64,000 nt of DNA from Breznakia sp. (GTDB lineage Bacteria; Bacillota_I; Bacilli_A; Erysipelotrichales; Erysipelotrichaceae): assembly GCA_047973225.1 (NCBI GenBank), contig JBKEBQ010000023.1, positions 1 through 64,000 of the forward strand. Direction: 5' to 3'. This document shows positions 10,322-21,326 of this stretch, one piece after another (the stretch's first letter is position 1; every line of letters starts with the position of its first letter). Below the pieces are notes generated by a model. That model saw only the letters and a list, made by a program, of their open reading frames with translations, was not told the DNA's origin and did not search any database. The translations under genes were made by a program, and so were the position numbers.

Positions 10322-12877
10322 TTATTTTTTTACATGCACTTGAAAACCATTGTCATAAACAAGCTCTAAAACATCTTCTTTATCAATTCCTAGCTCCAGC
10401 ATCCGCTTCGCAAGTAGCGTTTCAATATGCCTTTGTATATAGCGCTTCATTGGTCGTGCACCGAAAACAGGATCGACACCTTCGCTGGCAATCGCCTGAT
10501 AAACACTAGAATCAACTTCTAAAACAATATCTCGATCTGCCAAACGTGATTGCAATTCTTTTATAAACTTATGTGCAATTGCTTCTAAAACGGTATCATT
10601 CAAAGCATTGAAGACCACAATTTCATCAATTCGATTGATGAATTCCGGTTTGAAGAAACGTTTTACTTCGCTCATATAATTACTTTCCATTTCACTATGA
10701 TTTGCATTGTGGTCAAACGCAAACTGACTTCCCAAATTGCTTGTCAAAATGATAATAGTATTTTTGAAGTCTATTGTTGTCCCTTTAGCATCGGTAATAC
10801 GCCCATCATCTAATATTTGAAGCAAAACATTAAAAACATCAGGATGCGCTTTTTCTACTTCGTCAAACAATACAATAGAATAAGGATTTCTTCTCACTGC
10901 TTCGCTAAGCTGTCCCCCTTCGTCATATCCTACATATCCTGGAGGTGCACCAATCAACCGTGACACGGAATGTTTCTCCATATATTCGCTCATATCAATG
11001 CGAATAATATGTTGTGTAGAATCAAACAATTGTTCTGCCAATGCTCTTGCAACTTCCGTTTTACCAACACCCGTTGGACCAAGGAATAGGAAACTACCAA
11101 TAGGTCGATTCTCATCTTGAATTTGCGCTTTACTTCGTAAGATCGCATCACTCACTAAATCTAATGCATGATCTTGCCCAATGACACGGTTTGCTAATGA
11201 CTGTTTTAGTGTCAATAACTTTTGTCGTTCACCCGCAACCAAACGACTCACTTCAACCCCACTCCATTTGGAAACGATGGAAGCAATTTCCTCTTCACTC
11301 ACGACTTCAGAAATAAGCGAATGCTCCTTTGAACGATTGGATTCTACTTCAATTTTCTTTTCCAGATTTGGAATCGTTTCATATTGTAGTTTTGCGGCAA
11401 CTTCATATCGAGCATCTTTTTGTGCGCTTTCCAAATCCAATTTTGCCTTCTCTAACAACACTTTTGATTTTTTCACTTCTTCAATAACAGCCTTTTCATC
11501 ACTCCAAATCGTATACAACTCATCTTTTTTCGCTTTTAGCTTTTGCAATTCTTCGTGAATATTCTGTAGACGCTGTCGCGCCTTTTTATCTTCCTCACTT
11601 TTCAATGCTGTTTCTTCAATTTCTAGCTGCATTATTTTACGCAATAACTCATCGATTTCTTCGGGAAGCGAATCCATTTCTACGCGCAAATGGGCACAAG
11701 CTTCATCAATTAAATCAATGGCCTTATCAGGTAAAAAGCGATCCGTGATATATCGATTGGATAATACTGCACTAGAAATGATTGCTTCATCAAGGATTTT
11801 TACACCGTGATATGACTCAAATCGTTCTTTTAGCCCACGCAAAATTGCAATCGTATCTTCAACTGTTGGTTCTTGCACTTGAACTTTTTGAAATCGGCGT
11901 TCTAACGCCGCATCTTTTTCAATGTATTTTCGATATTCCGCAAAAGTTGTTGCACCAATACAGCGCAATTCGCCTCTTGCCAACATTGGCTTTAATAAAT
12001 TGGCAGCATCCATACTACCTTCCGTTTTTCCTGCACCTACTAAATTGTGAATTTCATCAATAAAAAGAATAATTTCACCTTGCGCATTTTGTACTTCCTC
12101 AAGCACTGCTTTTAATCTCTCTTCAAATTCTCCGCGGTACTTAGCACCTGCAATCAGGGCGCCCATATCTAATTCGATCAAGCGTTTTTCCTGCAGACTT
12201 GATGGCACATCACCCTTCATAATACGCCATGCAATACCTTCCACAATTGCTGTTTTTCCGACTCCTGGTTCCCCAATGAGGACAGGATTATTTTTGGTTT
12301 TACGAGAAAGAATTTGAATAACACGACGAATTTCATCATCTCGACCGATCACAGGATCAATCTTTCCTTGCTTTACATCTTCAACAAGATTGCGACCGTA
12401 CTTTTCTAAAGCTTCAATTGAATTTTCTGCTGTTTGTGTATCCATTTTTTTACCTCCTCTACGTTTCAATTCCTCATCATAACAAACCGCTTCCTGCAAA
12501 GCGAATTGTTTCACTAACATTTTTGAAATATAAGATTTGTTAAACATCAGCGCCAACCACATTGATGCGCATCCAACATAGGCTTCATCGTGCTTATTGC
12601 TCCATGTAAGCGCCTTGTCATATGTCTTTAAAACAACGGACGATAAGCTAGGCTCCCCTTCACTTTTAGCAATATTTTTAAGTTCTTCTTCAATCAGCGT
12701 TATTGCATCTTGTTTATCAATGTGAAGTCTTTTAAATAAACCCTCTAATACTTCACTTTCAAATAGTACTTTTAAGATATGAATCGTATCTAGACTTGTG
12801 TGTGAATAACCACGACATATCTCAAGTGCCTTCATAAATACTTTTTGAAGGTTTTCTGACATTTTTTCAAAGTTCAT
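10322..12877 (-). CDS. clpB: ATP-dependent chaperone ClpB
   Basis: 851 aa with a Clp_N domain, two AAA+ modules (GEPGVGKT and GPTGVGKT) and a long coiled-coil M-domain between them, which is typical of ClpB. Confidence 0.9.
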   Translation of the reverse strand: MNFEKMSENLQKVFMKALEICRGYSHTSLDTIHILKVLFESEVLEGLFKRLHIDKQDAITLIEEELKNIAKSEGEPSLSSVVLKTYDKALTWSNKHDEAYVGCASMWLALMFNKSYISKMLVKQFALQEAVCYDEELKRRGGKKMDTQTAENSIEALEKYGRNLVEDVKQGKIDPVIGRDDEIRRVIQILSRKTKNNPVLIGEPGVGKTAIVEGIAWRIMKGDVPSSLQEKRLIELDMGALIAGAKYRGEFEERLKAVLEEVQNAQGEIILFIDEIHNLVGAGKTEGSMDAANLLKPMLARGELRCIGATTFAEYRKYIEKDAALERRFQKVQVQEPTVEDTIAILRGLKERFESYHGVKILDEAIISSAVLSNRYITDRFLPDKAIDLIDEACAHLRVEMDSLPEEIDELLRKIMQLEIEETALKSEEDKKARQRLQNIHEELQKLKAKKDELYTIWSDEKAVIEEVKKSKVLLEKAKLDLESAQKDARYEVAAKLQYETIPNLEKKIEVESNRSKEHSLISEVVSEEEIASIVSKWSGVEVSRLVAGERQKLLTLKQSLANRVIGQDHALDLVSDAILRSKAQIQDENRPIGSFLFLGPTGVGKTEVARALAEQLFDSTQHIIRIDMSEYMEKHSVSRLIGAPPGYVGYDEGGQLSEAVRRNPYSIVLFDEVEKAHPDVFNVLLQILDDGRITDAKGTTIDFKNTIIILTSNLGSQFAFDHNANHSEMESNYMSEVKRFFKPEFINRIDEIVVFNALNDTVLEAIAHKFIKELQSRLADRDIVLEVDSSVYQAIASEGVDPVFGARPMKRYIQRHIETLLAKRMLELGIDKEDVLELVYDNGFQVHVKK

Positions 12878-12889
12878 ACCATCACTCCT

Positions 12890-12916
12890 TTAGCACTCTG
12901 ATCATTCAAGTGCTAA
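12890..12916. promoter_or_regulatory. CIRCE element (HrcA operator) #1 upstream of clpB
   Basis: TTAGCACTC-N9-AAGTGCTAA compared with the consensus TTAGCACTC-N9-GAGTGCTAA (1 mismatch). It lies 13 nt upstream of the clpB start. Confidence 0.6.
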
Positions 12917-12935
12917 CATAAGTATAACATACTTT

Positions 12936-12962
12936 TTAGCAGTGTCAACTGGTGAGTGCTAA
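12936..12962. promoter_or_regulatory. CIRCE element (HrcA operator) #2 upstream of clpB
   Basis: TTAGCAGTG-N9-GAGTGCTAA (2 mismatches in the left arm, right arm perfect). Confidence 0.55.
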
Positions 12963-13282
12963 AAATATTGGTCATGCCTACATCATCACAAATGATAATT
13001 TCCTTTACACTTTTTTCAAGTTCGCCAATACCACTTTAGTACTTTTGATATCGTATCTTAAATTTATATAGACAATATAGGACTTGCGTTTATAAACCTT
13101 TCATACTTCCCGCTATTAATAATGAATCCATACGATCTTTCGTGTTCCCTAGAAAACATTCCATCAAGAATGCAAAAAAACAAATTATGCATCCTATAAA
13201 CATGAAAAGCTTTGCCATGTAAAAAGATTGGAAATCAAATGATTCCCAATCTTATCAAATCCTCTACTTTACACAGTACCAA

Positions 13283-13308
13283 AAAAGGATGCTTTCGCAC
13301 CCTTTTTG
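13283..13308 (-). terminator. Rho-independent terminator of the GH101-like gene
   Basis: The minus-strand RNA folds as GGGUGC-GAAA-GCAUCC (with a G·U pair) followed by UUUUUU. Confidence 0.5.
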
Positions 13309-13337
13309 ATTCACCATTCTAGAATGCCCGTTTATTT

Positions 13338-16300
13338 TTATATTTGATTTTTCTTTTTAAACGCAGCATACCCCATACCCATCATTGCTAGTAATAACAT
13401 CATATATAGAGAAATGGTATTACTTGTATCATAGGCACCTACACCATCTGGATCAGTTGATGGATCAACGGATGGTTGTTCTGGCGTAACAAGTTCTAAT
13501 TGTGCTAAAGCAGCCTTTAAATCCGTAATCACGCGTTCAATTTCTGTTTGTGTTGCACTTGTATTTTCAAATACCTCTACAGCATTTGTTAATGCTTCAC
13601 TTAGTATCTTCCAAGTATCTGCAGTATATTCTGCCTCTTGCTTTGACTGCGCTTGAACGATAAGAGCTTCTAACTCCGCTTTGCTAACTTTTGTCAATAG
13701 AGATTGTGCTTTTTTCAAGTCTGCTTCTGCCTTATCCACTTCCTCTTGTGTTGCATCTACATTGTCGTTCACCGCTTTTGCATACGTCAATGTATTTGCA
13801 AATCCTTCCCAAGATGCTTGTGTATAATCACCTTCACTCAACGTTTCTGCTTCACTAATTGCTGCTTGTAAAGCCGTTTTGTCCACAACCTCAGGTTCTA
13901 CCACCGGATTGAACTTCACTTCTTCAGCAATAATATAACCTTCTTCTACTGCCTTTACACTCACGCGACTTATCAATGTTTCTCCGTCATAAACGGCTTT
14001 GATTTCATATTCCCCAAATGGTAAGTTTTTAAACTTATAATTACCATTTTCATCTGTAGTAGTTTGCTTAGCACCTAATGCCTTCAATGCAATTCCTCTT
14101 GTAATCGGTGCTATTTCAACGTTCACACCTTCCACTGGTTTTCCAGCATCACTAATATGACCTGCAACGGTTTCTCCGGATGTCGTTGGTGGATCATAAG
14201 AAGTAACTTTTACATTATCTATACAGACTTCATTGGAGCTTCTTGTATTCAAACCAATCGATCCTGAATGCAATGGCATTGTCATCATTTTTTCTTCCAA
14301 TACAAATTCATTATTCACCCAAAGTTTAACAACATTTTCGACAATTTCAACTTTTAGATGAACACTTTTTTCCGCCTTAATCGCAGGTCCTGCATGTCCA
14401 CTGCTCCAAACATTCCCACCAGGTCCCCAATACTCCACAAACCATGTGTCACTAGTGTCTAATGTTCCTACATAAATACGATTATCCATATCATTTGCAC
14501 GAAGTAACACACCCAGCCTAGTTGAATCTTTAGCTGCCTTAAGATCCATCTCCACTGCACCATTTTTAAATTTTGGTGCTGCGCTGTCATATACATTCGT
14601 ATGTCCACCGCCAGCAAATTTAATAGTTGTTGCATTATTTTCAGCTACGATTGTAGTGCTTGTCGTATTGCCTGCTAAATCCTTCCAAGATGTTGTTCCA
14701 TCATCAAAACCATTTACATAATCATAGGTTGATTTTGGCTCTAACATAACATTTTTGACAAGTTTTTTATCCTTTTGAACATCCATTTCTGTACTTAACA
14801 CATCATAACCTTTTTTTGTTGAAACTACTAACATTGTATACTTTCCAGCTTTGATGTTTTCAAATTTGTAATTTCCTTGTTCATCACTCATCGTATCATA
14901 GCCTTGTCTGCCACTTGTGATAATTACATTCGCTTTAGGCATCGCCTTACCAACGGCACTAACCTTTCCACTTGCTGAAGATAACGCATTTTCTAAAGTC
15001 ACATTTTTCATAATTTCAATCGTGTCTTTAGATGACGTTATTTGTTCTGTCTTTCGTTCATAGTATGGACTATCAACAACCATATCCCACGTATCGAAAG
15101 GTACCCCTGCAATTTCATATTTACCGTTATTATCCGTTGTAGTTGTCAACGGTGTAGCATCTACCATGATTTTTACACTAATGTTGGCTAACGCACTTCC
15201 ATTTGTATCACGAACGCTACCTTTAACCACATTACCTATAACTTCTAAATTATCAATTGCTAATTGTAGATCATCTTTTGCTGTATCTACAACTTCTTGC
15301 GTTGCATCAAAATCGTCTAAGACCGTTTTTGCTTTCTCCATAGCACTTGTGAATGTAGTCCATGTCCCTTGTGAATAATTTTCTTCATATAAATCTAAAT
15401 GATCATTATATAACTTCTCTAATGGCGCTTTTTCAACATCAGTTTCATTAATCACTACATTATCCAAAATAATGTCTTTATATCCTCCAAAATTCGTATC
15501 TCCTCCACTTGTTCCTTGATTATCACTCGCTTTATCTGTAGAGTATATACCAAACCAAGATTGACCGCTTTGAGATCCCGTCATTCTAAATTTATACGTC
15601 TTTGCACCATTTGCTGAAATCGTTTCTTCTAATGGAACATAGTCTAGTCCACCTTCATATTCTCCATCGCCAATCATAACACCATATGTACCAGTTGATC
15701 CTACTTCATAATCAAAACTAATATTGTATGTTACACCTGGTTCAAAACGATAATTTTGCGGAATTGTTTGATACAACAACTTACTTCTTTGCGTCAAACC
15801 GTTTGTTTTTACTGACCATTCACCTTCAATAACATCGTCAATTCGTTTATTGTTCCATCCTCGTTGCGTGTATGGTGCATTATATTGCGATAAATGTGTA
15901 CGGTTATCTGTAACCCCTTCAACACCTCCCACAACAAACGGGAATATCCCTTGCGGAACTTCTTCAAAACCTTGTACAAACTTCGTATCGCTCACATTCA
16001 TATTTGATTCATTTTCAAACACACGAATATCATCAAAATAGGTAATGTCTTCACCTTTGTCTCTTTTTAAACGTAACGTCACATCACTTCCATCTTCTGG
16101 AGCGTTAAAGAACACATACATATTTTGGAAGTAACTAGAAGCTGCAACCGTTGCACTTCTTGTATTGTGTGCATATGCTTGAATATAGTTTTTCGCAATC
16201 GAACGCTCTGTATAATTTGAAATTGTTTCACCTTTTACATCAATTTCTAAATACGCCTTGCTGTCACTGCGATTATCTACGCCAACATACGCTGCATATT

Positions 16301-19300
16301 GTTGTCCTGCTTTTAAGCCGCTAAGCGTTTGTTCTAATACAACTTCTTTTTCATTATTGCCAACGGCTAACATCCGATTGTTTGCACTACTAACACTAAT
16401 GTTAGCTGCACTCTTTCCACCACGAATTGTCCAATTGTCTAAATGACCACTGTTAAAGCCTGTGTCAACAAGATGCATTCCTTCACTCCATGACATCGTA
16501 GCGTTTTCCATTGCCGTTTTATAAATAACATATGGTGTACTTGCTTTTGCTTCTAAAGTAACATTTCCATTGATAATTGGTAATGTTTTTTCGTCCTCTT
16601 TACCATCTTCTCCAAGACGGTACACTTTTACATTGCCACTCCATCCTTGTGGAACTTCCCAAGTTGTTGTACCACCTTTTTGGTTCCAATGATAAAGTTT
16701 TTCATCTTCCCTTGCCAATGTCTTTCCATTTTCATCCCAAAACCACGGAATTAGATATTTTTCACCATCCATAATTTTCTTGTCATCAAAGGTCATCGTA
16801 CGTAATTGATAACCTGCCTTATTTAAATCGTTGGATTGTCTTTCAATTACCAATTTATGTTTTGCATCATCAGATTTTAATGTAACTTTCATTTCTGGTG
16901 TCCAAGTATAGCTTTGACCATTATCGGTCATTTCAACCGGCGTCCCATTTTCCCAATTGCTAACTTTAAAATGTTGTACAAATTTTGTAGCTAAATTATC
17001 ATCAAAGAGATTTTCAATATAGCCATCATAATCGTTGCGTCCTTGCCAACCTTCAAAATCACGCATATCATATCCACCAAGTAATGGATTGATTGCAGCG
17101 CCTCCATATTTTGGATAATCGCCAACCCAAGAGTCTTTTTGATGATTCTGAATAAAGCGGATAATATTACTATTGATTCCTTTTGATGTGTATCCACCAT
17201 ATGTTAAATCACTAGCCCAGTGTTGGAATGTTGAATCATACGCAAACGCATGTCCCCACTCACCAGCAAGTCGCCACCCTAAGTTGTTAATTTCTTTTGC
17301 TAATTGTGCACTTGCCCAAGTTTTATTGTCACCAGATTGACCATTGCCCCAAACATCGACATAGATGAAATCAAGATCGTTTTCTTCACCACCCAATGCA
17401 TCATAGAAATCTTTAAACCGATCTGCACGGCCATGTAATAAATCGTAATTTGCATCAATGTTAATTCCTTGATCCAACCAATTCCATCCATACGCGTAAT
17501 TTCCATTTCTTTTCAACAAGCGATCTTCTTCAAAATAAATGGATTCTGGATATGTTTCACTAGCATTTACATGTACCCCAAACGTTGCCCCATAGTCTTT
17601 TCCTTTTTTCAACAAAGTCTTCATATCTTGGGCACCACCAATACGGCTTCCTATATCCGCATAATTCAAGTGTCCGGAGTCATGTCCTTCACTACCATAT
17701 CCTTTTAATAAAATACTTTGTCCTAATCCATCCGTACTTAAGTTTACTTTTTTCACATTATCCAATGTCATTAAGAATGGATTTTGTGCTTGTGAACCAA
17801 AGTTCATAGCTACCCGAATTGCTACTCGATCCGCAACCAACGCAGAGCCAACTGGATCTTTCATAATATCACGATATGCAATCGCGCCATCTTGCCAGTC
17901 TACTTTTGCATCTTCGTTAATATCTCCTGTCAAAGTAACTTTTACACAAGGAAGTTCAGCTTCACTATTTTCTTTACGGTATTCTTCATCTTTTTGATAT
18001 GTCCAATACGTACTGCTAAGACCTACTTGCGTATAACCATTTCTTTTCGTAACTTCCGATGTTATACGTGTCCAGTCTTTGCCTATATCGTTTTCTGAAT
18101 TGCTCCAAATGGATGCACTTAGTGAACTAGTCGATATAAACGCATTTGTATATCCATTGCGTCCCATCGCCAATTGTTCAACACTTGAAAACGTGTCACC
18201 ACTATTGTGCGTATTTGTTGATACAGTAGCTCCAGCAAAGGTTGCATTTGCTTGGTTGCTACGTGCACTAATGATATTGTGTCCTGGGAATTCAATCGTT
18301 TTTACAATTTGATTATCCACAATATCACTAACTTTAAATGTCAATTCATTTCCTTCAACTTTCAATTTTGCAGTGATAACCGCATCGATATTGCTACCTT
18401 CATCTTTTAACGTCATTACATACGTTGCTGTATCTTTCGTTTTAGAAAAATCCACATTTTTTGGGAATAATGCTTTTCCATTAATTTTTATAAAATTAAC
18501 AGGAGTTGTATTTCCATAAAATTTTCGTCCTTCCAATTCATCAAGCATCGTATATCCCAAAACCGTTGGAAATTTATTATTGATTGCTACACTCATTTTA
18601 TCTGAAGCGATCGTTGTTGATGTATCAAATGTAATATCTTCTTCTTTTTCCAATTGAATTGTTCCAACATTGATATCTTGATCTACAACATCAATCGCCT
18701 TCGTAGCCGTTACAAGACCAGCTTTTGAAACAACCAATGTATATTCCCCTGTTGGAATTTTAGGAATTGTAAACGCTCCTTGCGCATTGCTTGTAGTCTT
18801 ATAGTTATCAATAGCAATGCTTGCGTTTTCTAATGGTTGTCCCTCTGGACCCACTACATTTCCACTCACATTTACTTCATAAATTGGTGTCTCTATATAT
18901 TCAGGCTCATATACTGCACCTTTTGTCGTATCCGTCAATGACCATGTGTCTTTTCCGTTATCACTTAAAACAGCACCAGTTCCATCTTTTATCACAACAT
19001 CTTTAAATAAAATGTCTGTAAGGGCATCGCCCCAAGATCCCGCACGCAAATGCAGTGGCGTTTCTTTAAAGCTTTCTAATTCATTCACTATATATGCATT
19101 GCCATCATTCGCAAATGTTCCATTAATCGCTACTTTCAATTCCTTGCCTTTCCAAGAAATGTCCACATTTGTCTCTTCTCCTTGTTGTGGAGCAGCGATA
19201 TTTAATTTACTATAATTTCCCTGACCATTTTCTCTATGTTGATAGAACCAATTACTAGAAGCATCCGTTTCTACCTTAACAAAATTATCATTGTCTATAT

Positions 19301-19595
19301 ATTTCAAATAAACACCAAAACGAGTATCCGTTTTCACTGATAATGGTTTGTATGTAAAGCTTATTGCACCATCACTTAATGCCTGTGCTCCCGCAACATC
19401 GCTTTTTAACATTGCTGAATTTGCACCGTTATCATTTCCACTTCCCGATTTGAAATGACGCCAGACAACATCTTCACTCTGCGCAATCGCATCTTCTTCT
19501 GCTTTCGCAATGGCTGGTGCTTTAATTACAAACGATGTCATAAGCATCATTGCAATTAAAGCAAACATACCAAAACGTTTTTTCAAAAAACTCAT
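13338..19595 (-). CDS. Giant secreted cell-surface glycoside hydrolase, GH101-like (putative endo-alpha-N-acetylgalactosaminidase) with lectin/CarbopepD-reg/FIVAR accessory domains
   Basis: 2085 aa with a signal peptide. N-terminal ConA-like lectin region and several carboxypeptidase-regulatory-like beta-sandwich modules (GEYTLVVS, GKYTMLVV, GEYEIKAV). Central barrel has …YVDVWGNG…(32 aa)…LAGEWGH…, matching the nucleophile-Asp/acid-base-Glu spacing of GH101. C-terminal FIVAR repeats, a hydrophobic tail and KKK. Confidence 0.55.
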   Translation of the reverse strand: MSFLKKRFGMFALIAMMLMTSFVIKAPAIAKAEEDAIAQSEDVVWRHFKSGSGNDNGANSAMLKSDVAGAQALSDGAISFTYKPLSVKTDTRFGVYLKYIDNDNFVKVETDASSNWFYQHRENGQGNYSKLNIAAPQQGEETNVDISWKGKELKVAINGTFANDGNAYIVNELESFKETPLHLRAGSWGDALTDILFKDVVIKDGTGAVLSDNGKDTWSLTDTTKGAVYEPEYIETPIYEVNVSGNVVGPEGQPLENASIAIDNYKTTSNAQGAFTIPKIPTGEYTLVVSKAGLVTATKAIDVVDQDINVGTIQLEKEEDITFDTSTTIASDKMSVAINNKFPTVLGYTMLDELEGRKFYGNTTPVNFIKINGKALFPKNVDFSKTKDTATYVMTLKDEGSNIDAVITAKLKVEGNELTFKVSDIVDNQIVKTIEFPGHNIISARSNQANATFAGATVSTNTHNSGDTFSSVEQLAMGRNGYTNAFISTSSLSASIWSNSENDIGKDWTRITSEVTKRNGYTQVGLSSTYWTYQKDEEYRKENSEAELPCVKVTLTGDINEDAKVDWQDGAIAYRDIMKDPVGSALVADRVAIRVAMNFGSQAQNPFLMTLDNVKKVNLSTDGLGQSILLKGYGSEGHDSGHLNYADIGSRIGGAQDMKTLLKKGKDYGATFGVHVNASETYPESIYFEEDRLLKRNGNYAYGWNWLDQGINIDANYDLLHGRADRFKDFYDALGGEENDLDFIYVDVWGNGQSGDNKTWASAQLAKEINNLGWRLAGEWGHAFAYDSTFQHWASDLTYGGYTSKGINSNIIRFIQNHQKDSWVGDYPKYGGAAINPLLGGYDMRDFEGWQGRNDYDGYIENLFDDNLATKFVQHFKVSNWENGTPVEMTDNGQSYTWTPEMKVTLKSDDAKHKLVIERQSNDLNKAGYQLRTMTFDDKKIMDGEKYLIPWFWDENGKTLAREDEKLYHWNQKGGTTTWEVPQGWSGNVKVYRLGEDGKEDEKTLPIINGNVTLEAKASTPYVIYKTAMENATMSWSEGMHLVDTGFNSGHLDNWTIRGGKSAANISVSSANNRMLAVGNNEKEVVLEQTLSGLKAGQQYAAYVGVDNRSDSKAYLEIDVKGETISNYTERSIAKNYIQAYAHNTRSATVAASSYFQNMYVFFNAPEDGSDVTLRLKRDKGEDITYFDDIRVFENESNMNVSDTKFVQGFEEVPQGIFPFVVGGVEGVTDNRTHLSQYNAPYTQRGWNNKRIDDVIEGEWSVKTNGLTQRSKLLYQTIPQNYRFEPGVTYNISFDYEVGSTGTYGVMIGDGEYEGGLDYVPLEETISANGAKTYKFRMTGSQSGQSWFGIYSTDKASDNQGTSGGDTNFGGYKDIILDNVVINETDVEKAPLEKLYNDHLDLYEENYSQGTWTTFTSAMEKAKTVLDDFDATQEVVDTAKDDLQLAIDNLEVIGNVVKGSVRDTNGSALANISVKIMVDATPLTTTTDNNGKYEIAGVPFDTWDMVVDSPYYERKTEQITSSKDTIEIMKNVTLENALSSASGKVSAVGKAMPKANVIITSGRQGYDTMSDEQGNYKFENIKAGKYTMLVVSTKKGYDVLSTEMDVQKDKKLVKNVMLEPKSTYDYVNGFDDGTTSWKDLAGNTTSTTIVAENNATTIKFAGGGHTNVYDSAAPKFKNGAVEMDLKAAKDSTRLGVLLRANDMDNRIYVGTLDTSDTWFVEYWGPGGNVWSSGHAGPAIKAEKSVHLKVEIVENVVKLWVNNEFVLEEKMMTMPLHSGSIGLNTRSSNEVCIDNVKVTSYDPPTTSGETVAGHISDAGKPVEGVNVEIAPITRGIALKALGAKQTTTDENGNYKFKNLPFGEYEIKAVYDGETLISRVSVKAVEEGYIIAEEVKFNPVVEPEVVDKTALQAAISEAETLSEGDYTQASWEGFANTLTYAKAVNDNVDATQEEVDKAEADLKKAQSLLTKVSKAELEALIVQAQSKQEAEYTADTWKILSEALTNAVEVFENTSATQTEIERVITDLKAALAQLELVTPEQPSVDPSTDPDGVGAYDTSNTISLYMMLLLAMMGMGYAAFKKKNQI

Positions 19596-20004
19596 TTCTT
19601 TTTTCCTCCCATTCTATCGATGATCCATCGATTCAACCCTTATTACCCTAATTCTAACAAAGGAAAAAAAGAGCGTCAAACCCTAGTGAATACGCTTACA
19701 ACAATATCTATAACAAACTTTAAATATCAAAGGAAAAAAACGCTTAATTACTTCTCAATCTGCGTTTGTTAGAGATTTTGCTCTGTTTTTCCGTTTTCTT
19801 CATTTTTACATAAATCATTTTTACAAGCAACACTCTCCATAATTTCTCTTTTTATTTGTACTATCATCTCCTTGCATTTAGCGTTGAGAAACCGCATGTA
19901 AAACATCGTATTTTCGGTTTTTTATTTTGTCTACATTCTACATATTGTTCTTCTTTACAAAGCGTTTACTACTTTCCGTGACACGATTATCTATCACAGA
20001 ATAC

Positions 20005-20035
20005 AAAAAACGAAATTTTTGCATTTCGTTTTTTT
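20005..20035. terminator. Bidirectional rho-independent terminator downstream of the SPFH gene
   Basis: AAAAAACGAAAT-ttttgc-ATTTCGTTTTTTT perfect hairpin. Confidence 0.6.
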
Positions 20036-20107
20036 AAATATCATATATTCTTGAATTTATGTATCATTCTATACACTTTGGTATATATTGCATTTTACAC
20101 AGATCGG

Positions 20108-21301
20108 TTATAGCTTACCAGTGCCACACTCACTACAAAATTTGCCACTGTTTTCATTCCCGCATTTCGCACATTTCCATTTTTCGCTGTTGGGTTTTTC
20201 ACTACCACACTCACTACAAAATTTGCCATTATTTTCATGACCACAACTACACATCCAAGACATATTTGTTGGGGGCTGTTTAGAACTTTCTTCTTGCTTA
20301 AAAAATGGTGAATTTTGATTTTCATTACCTACAAACATATTGCTGTTTTGCATACCGCCTGCTTGTTGGGCCATTCCCATACCAACAAATGCATTCATCG
20401 CACCACCTTCATTCGCTCCAGCACTTTCCATTGCCGTCGCTTGAGCGCTGGTTAATCGCCCTGTGGCAACTCGTTGATCCGACATCATAATCGCATCATC
20501 AATTTTTTCAATTCGATCTCTTGATTCCGCATCTGGTGTCACTTTTTCAATCGCTACCGATTCTATTTCCATCCCTCTTCGTGATTTCCAAGCATCGTCT
20601 AAAGCATCATTCATAAATGTTGCAATCTCTAACTGCTTTTTTACCAAGTCATTATATTGGTATCCCTCATCTGCACAACGAGCAATCGAAACATCAAGGG
20701 CATTCACAAACTCAGCTTGAGCTTGTTGCATCAACTCAGTTTTTGTATAAATTGAAGTAACATTCCCTGAAATATTGCTATAAAAAATAATCGGATCTGT
20801 AATTTTAAACGTATATTGCCCAAAATAGCGAATATAAATACCTCGATACGTAGGATCTTTATATGCCATGGGTGTTGCACTACCAAATTTATTATCAAAA
20901 ATTTCTTTCAGATTGATAAAGTAAACTCGTTGATCCTTAGCTGCTGTTCCTCCAGCCACAAAACGTTTACCAAATGTAGCAAAGGATTCCTTTAAACCTT
21001 TAAAGCCACCTGTAAATAGACTCGGTTCACCATCTTGCCAAGTAAAACGTCCAGCCTCCATAGAAAACTCAACGATTTTACCATCTTCAACAATGATTAA
21101 ACCTTGTCCCTCATTAATCGCAAAACCACTACCATTCGTAATGATGTTTTCATTACCTTTTGTATTGCTACCACTCGTTACCGTTTTTTCTGCTTTCTTT
21201 AATAGTTCTTCGTTGCCTAGGGCATCACAATAGAAATACTCTGCCCATTGATCCGCCAAAGTTGTACTTGCTGAACTCATTACTGCTTTGATTAGTCCCA
21301 T
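20108..21301 (-). CDS. SPFH/band-7-like protein with two C-terminal zinc ribbons (COG4260, YdjI-like 'virion core protein-like')
   Basis: 397 aa. N-terminal SPFH-like domain, a Gly/Ala/Met-rich linker, then tandem C-x2-C…C-x2-C ribbons (CSCGHENNGKFCSECG / CAKCGNENSGKFCSECG). Confidence 0.55.
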   Translation of the reverse strand: MGLIKAVMSSASTTLADQWAEYFYCDALGNEELLKKAEKTVTSGSNTKGNENIITNGSGFAINEGQGLIIVEDGKIVEFSMEAGRFTWQDGEPSLFTGGFKGLKESFATFGKRFVAGGTAAKDQRVYFINLKEIFDNKFGSATPMAYKDPTYRGIYIRYFGQYTFKITDPIIFYSNISGNVTSIYTKTELMQQAQAEFVNALDVSIARCADEGYQYNDLVKKQLEIATFMNDALDDAWKSRRGMEIESVAIEKVTPDAESRDRIEKIDDAIMMSDQRVATGRLTSAQATAMESAGANEGGAMNAFVGMGMAQQAGGMQNSNMFVGNENQNSPFFKQEESSKQPPTNMSWMCSCGHENNGKFCSECGSEKPNSEKWKCAKCGNENSGKFCSECGTGKL

Positions 21302-21326
21302 ATCATTGTCCTCCTGTCACCTTTCT

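Noticed and set aside
15166-19215. Multiple 60-90-aa ORFs inside or antisense to the GH101-like gene
   Set aside because: All lie within the 6.2-kb CDS, which has coherent domain content. No independent signals.
13338-19595. Canonical LPXTG in the two giant surface proteins
   Set aside because: I searched the last ~80 residues of both proteins and no [LIV]PxTG is present. Only the LRR protein has VPKTG. The observation is kept as a finding about the alternative tail, not as a sortase-substrate annotation.
19600-20000. Possible regulatory RNA in the 500-nt leader of the GH101-like gene
   Set aside because: Only weak, imperfect stem-loops (AAACCG…CGGTTT with a 21-nt loop) and short A-rich direct repeats. 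Nothing resembling a known riboswitch or attenuator, so it is treated as an ordinary long promoter region.
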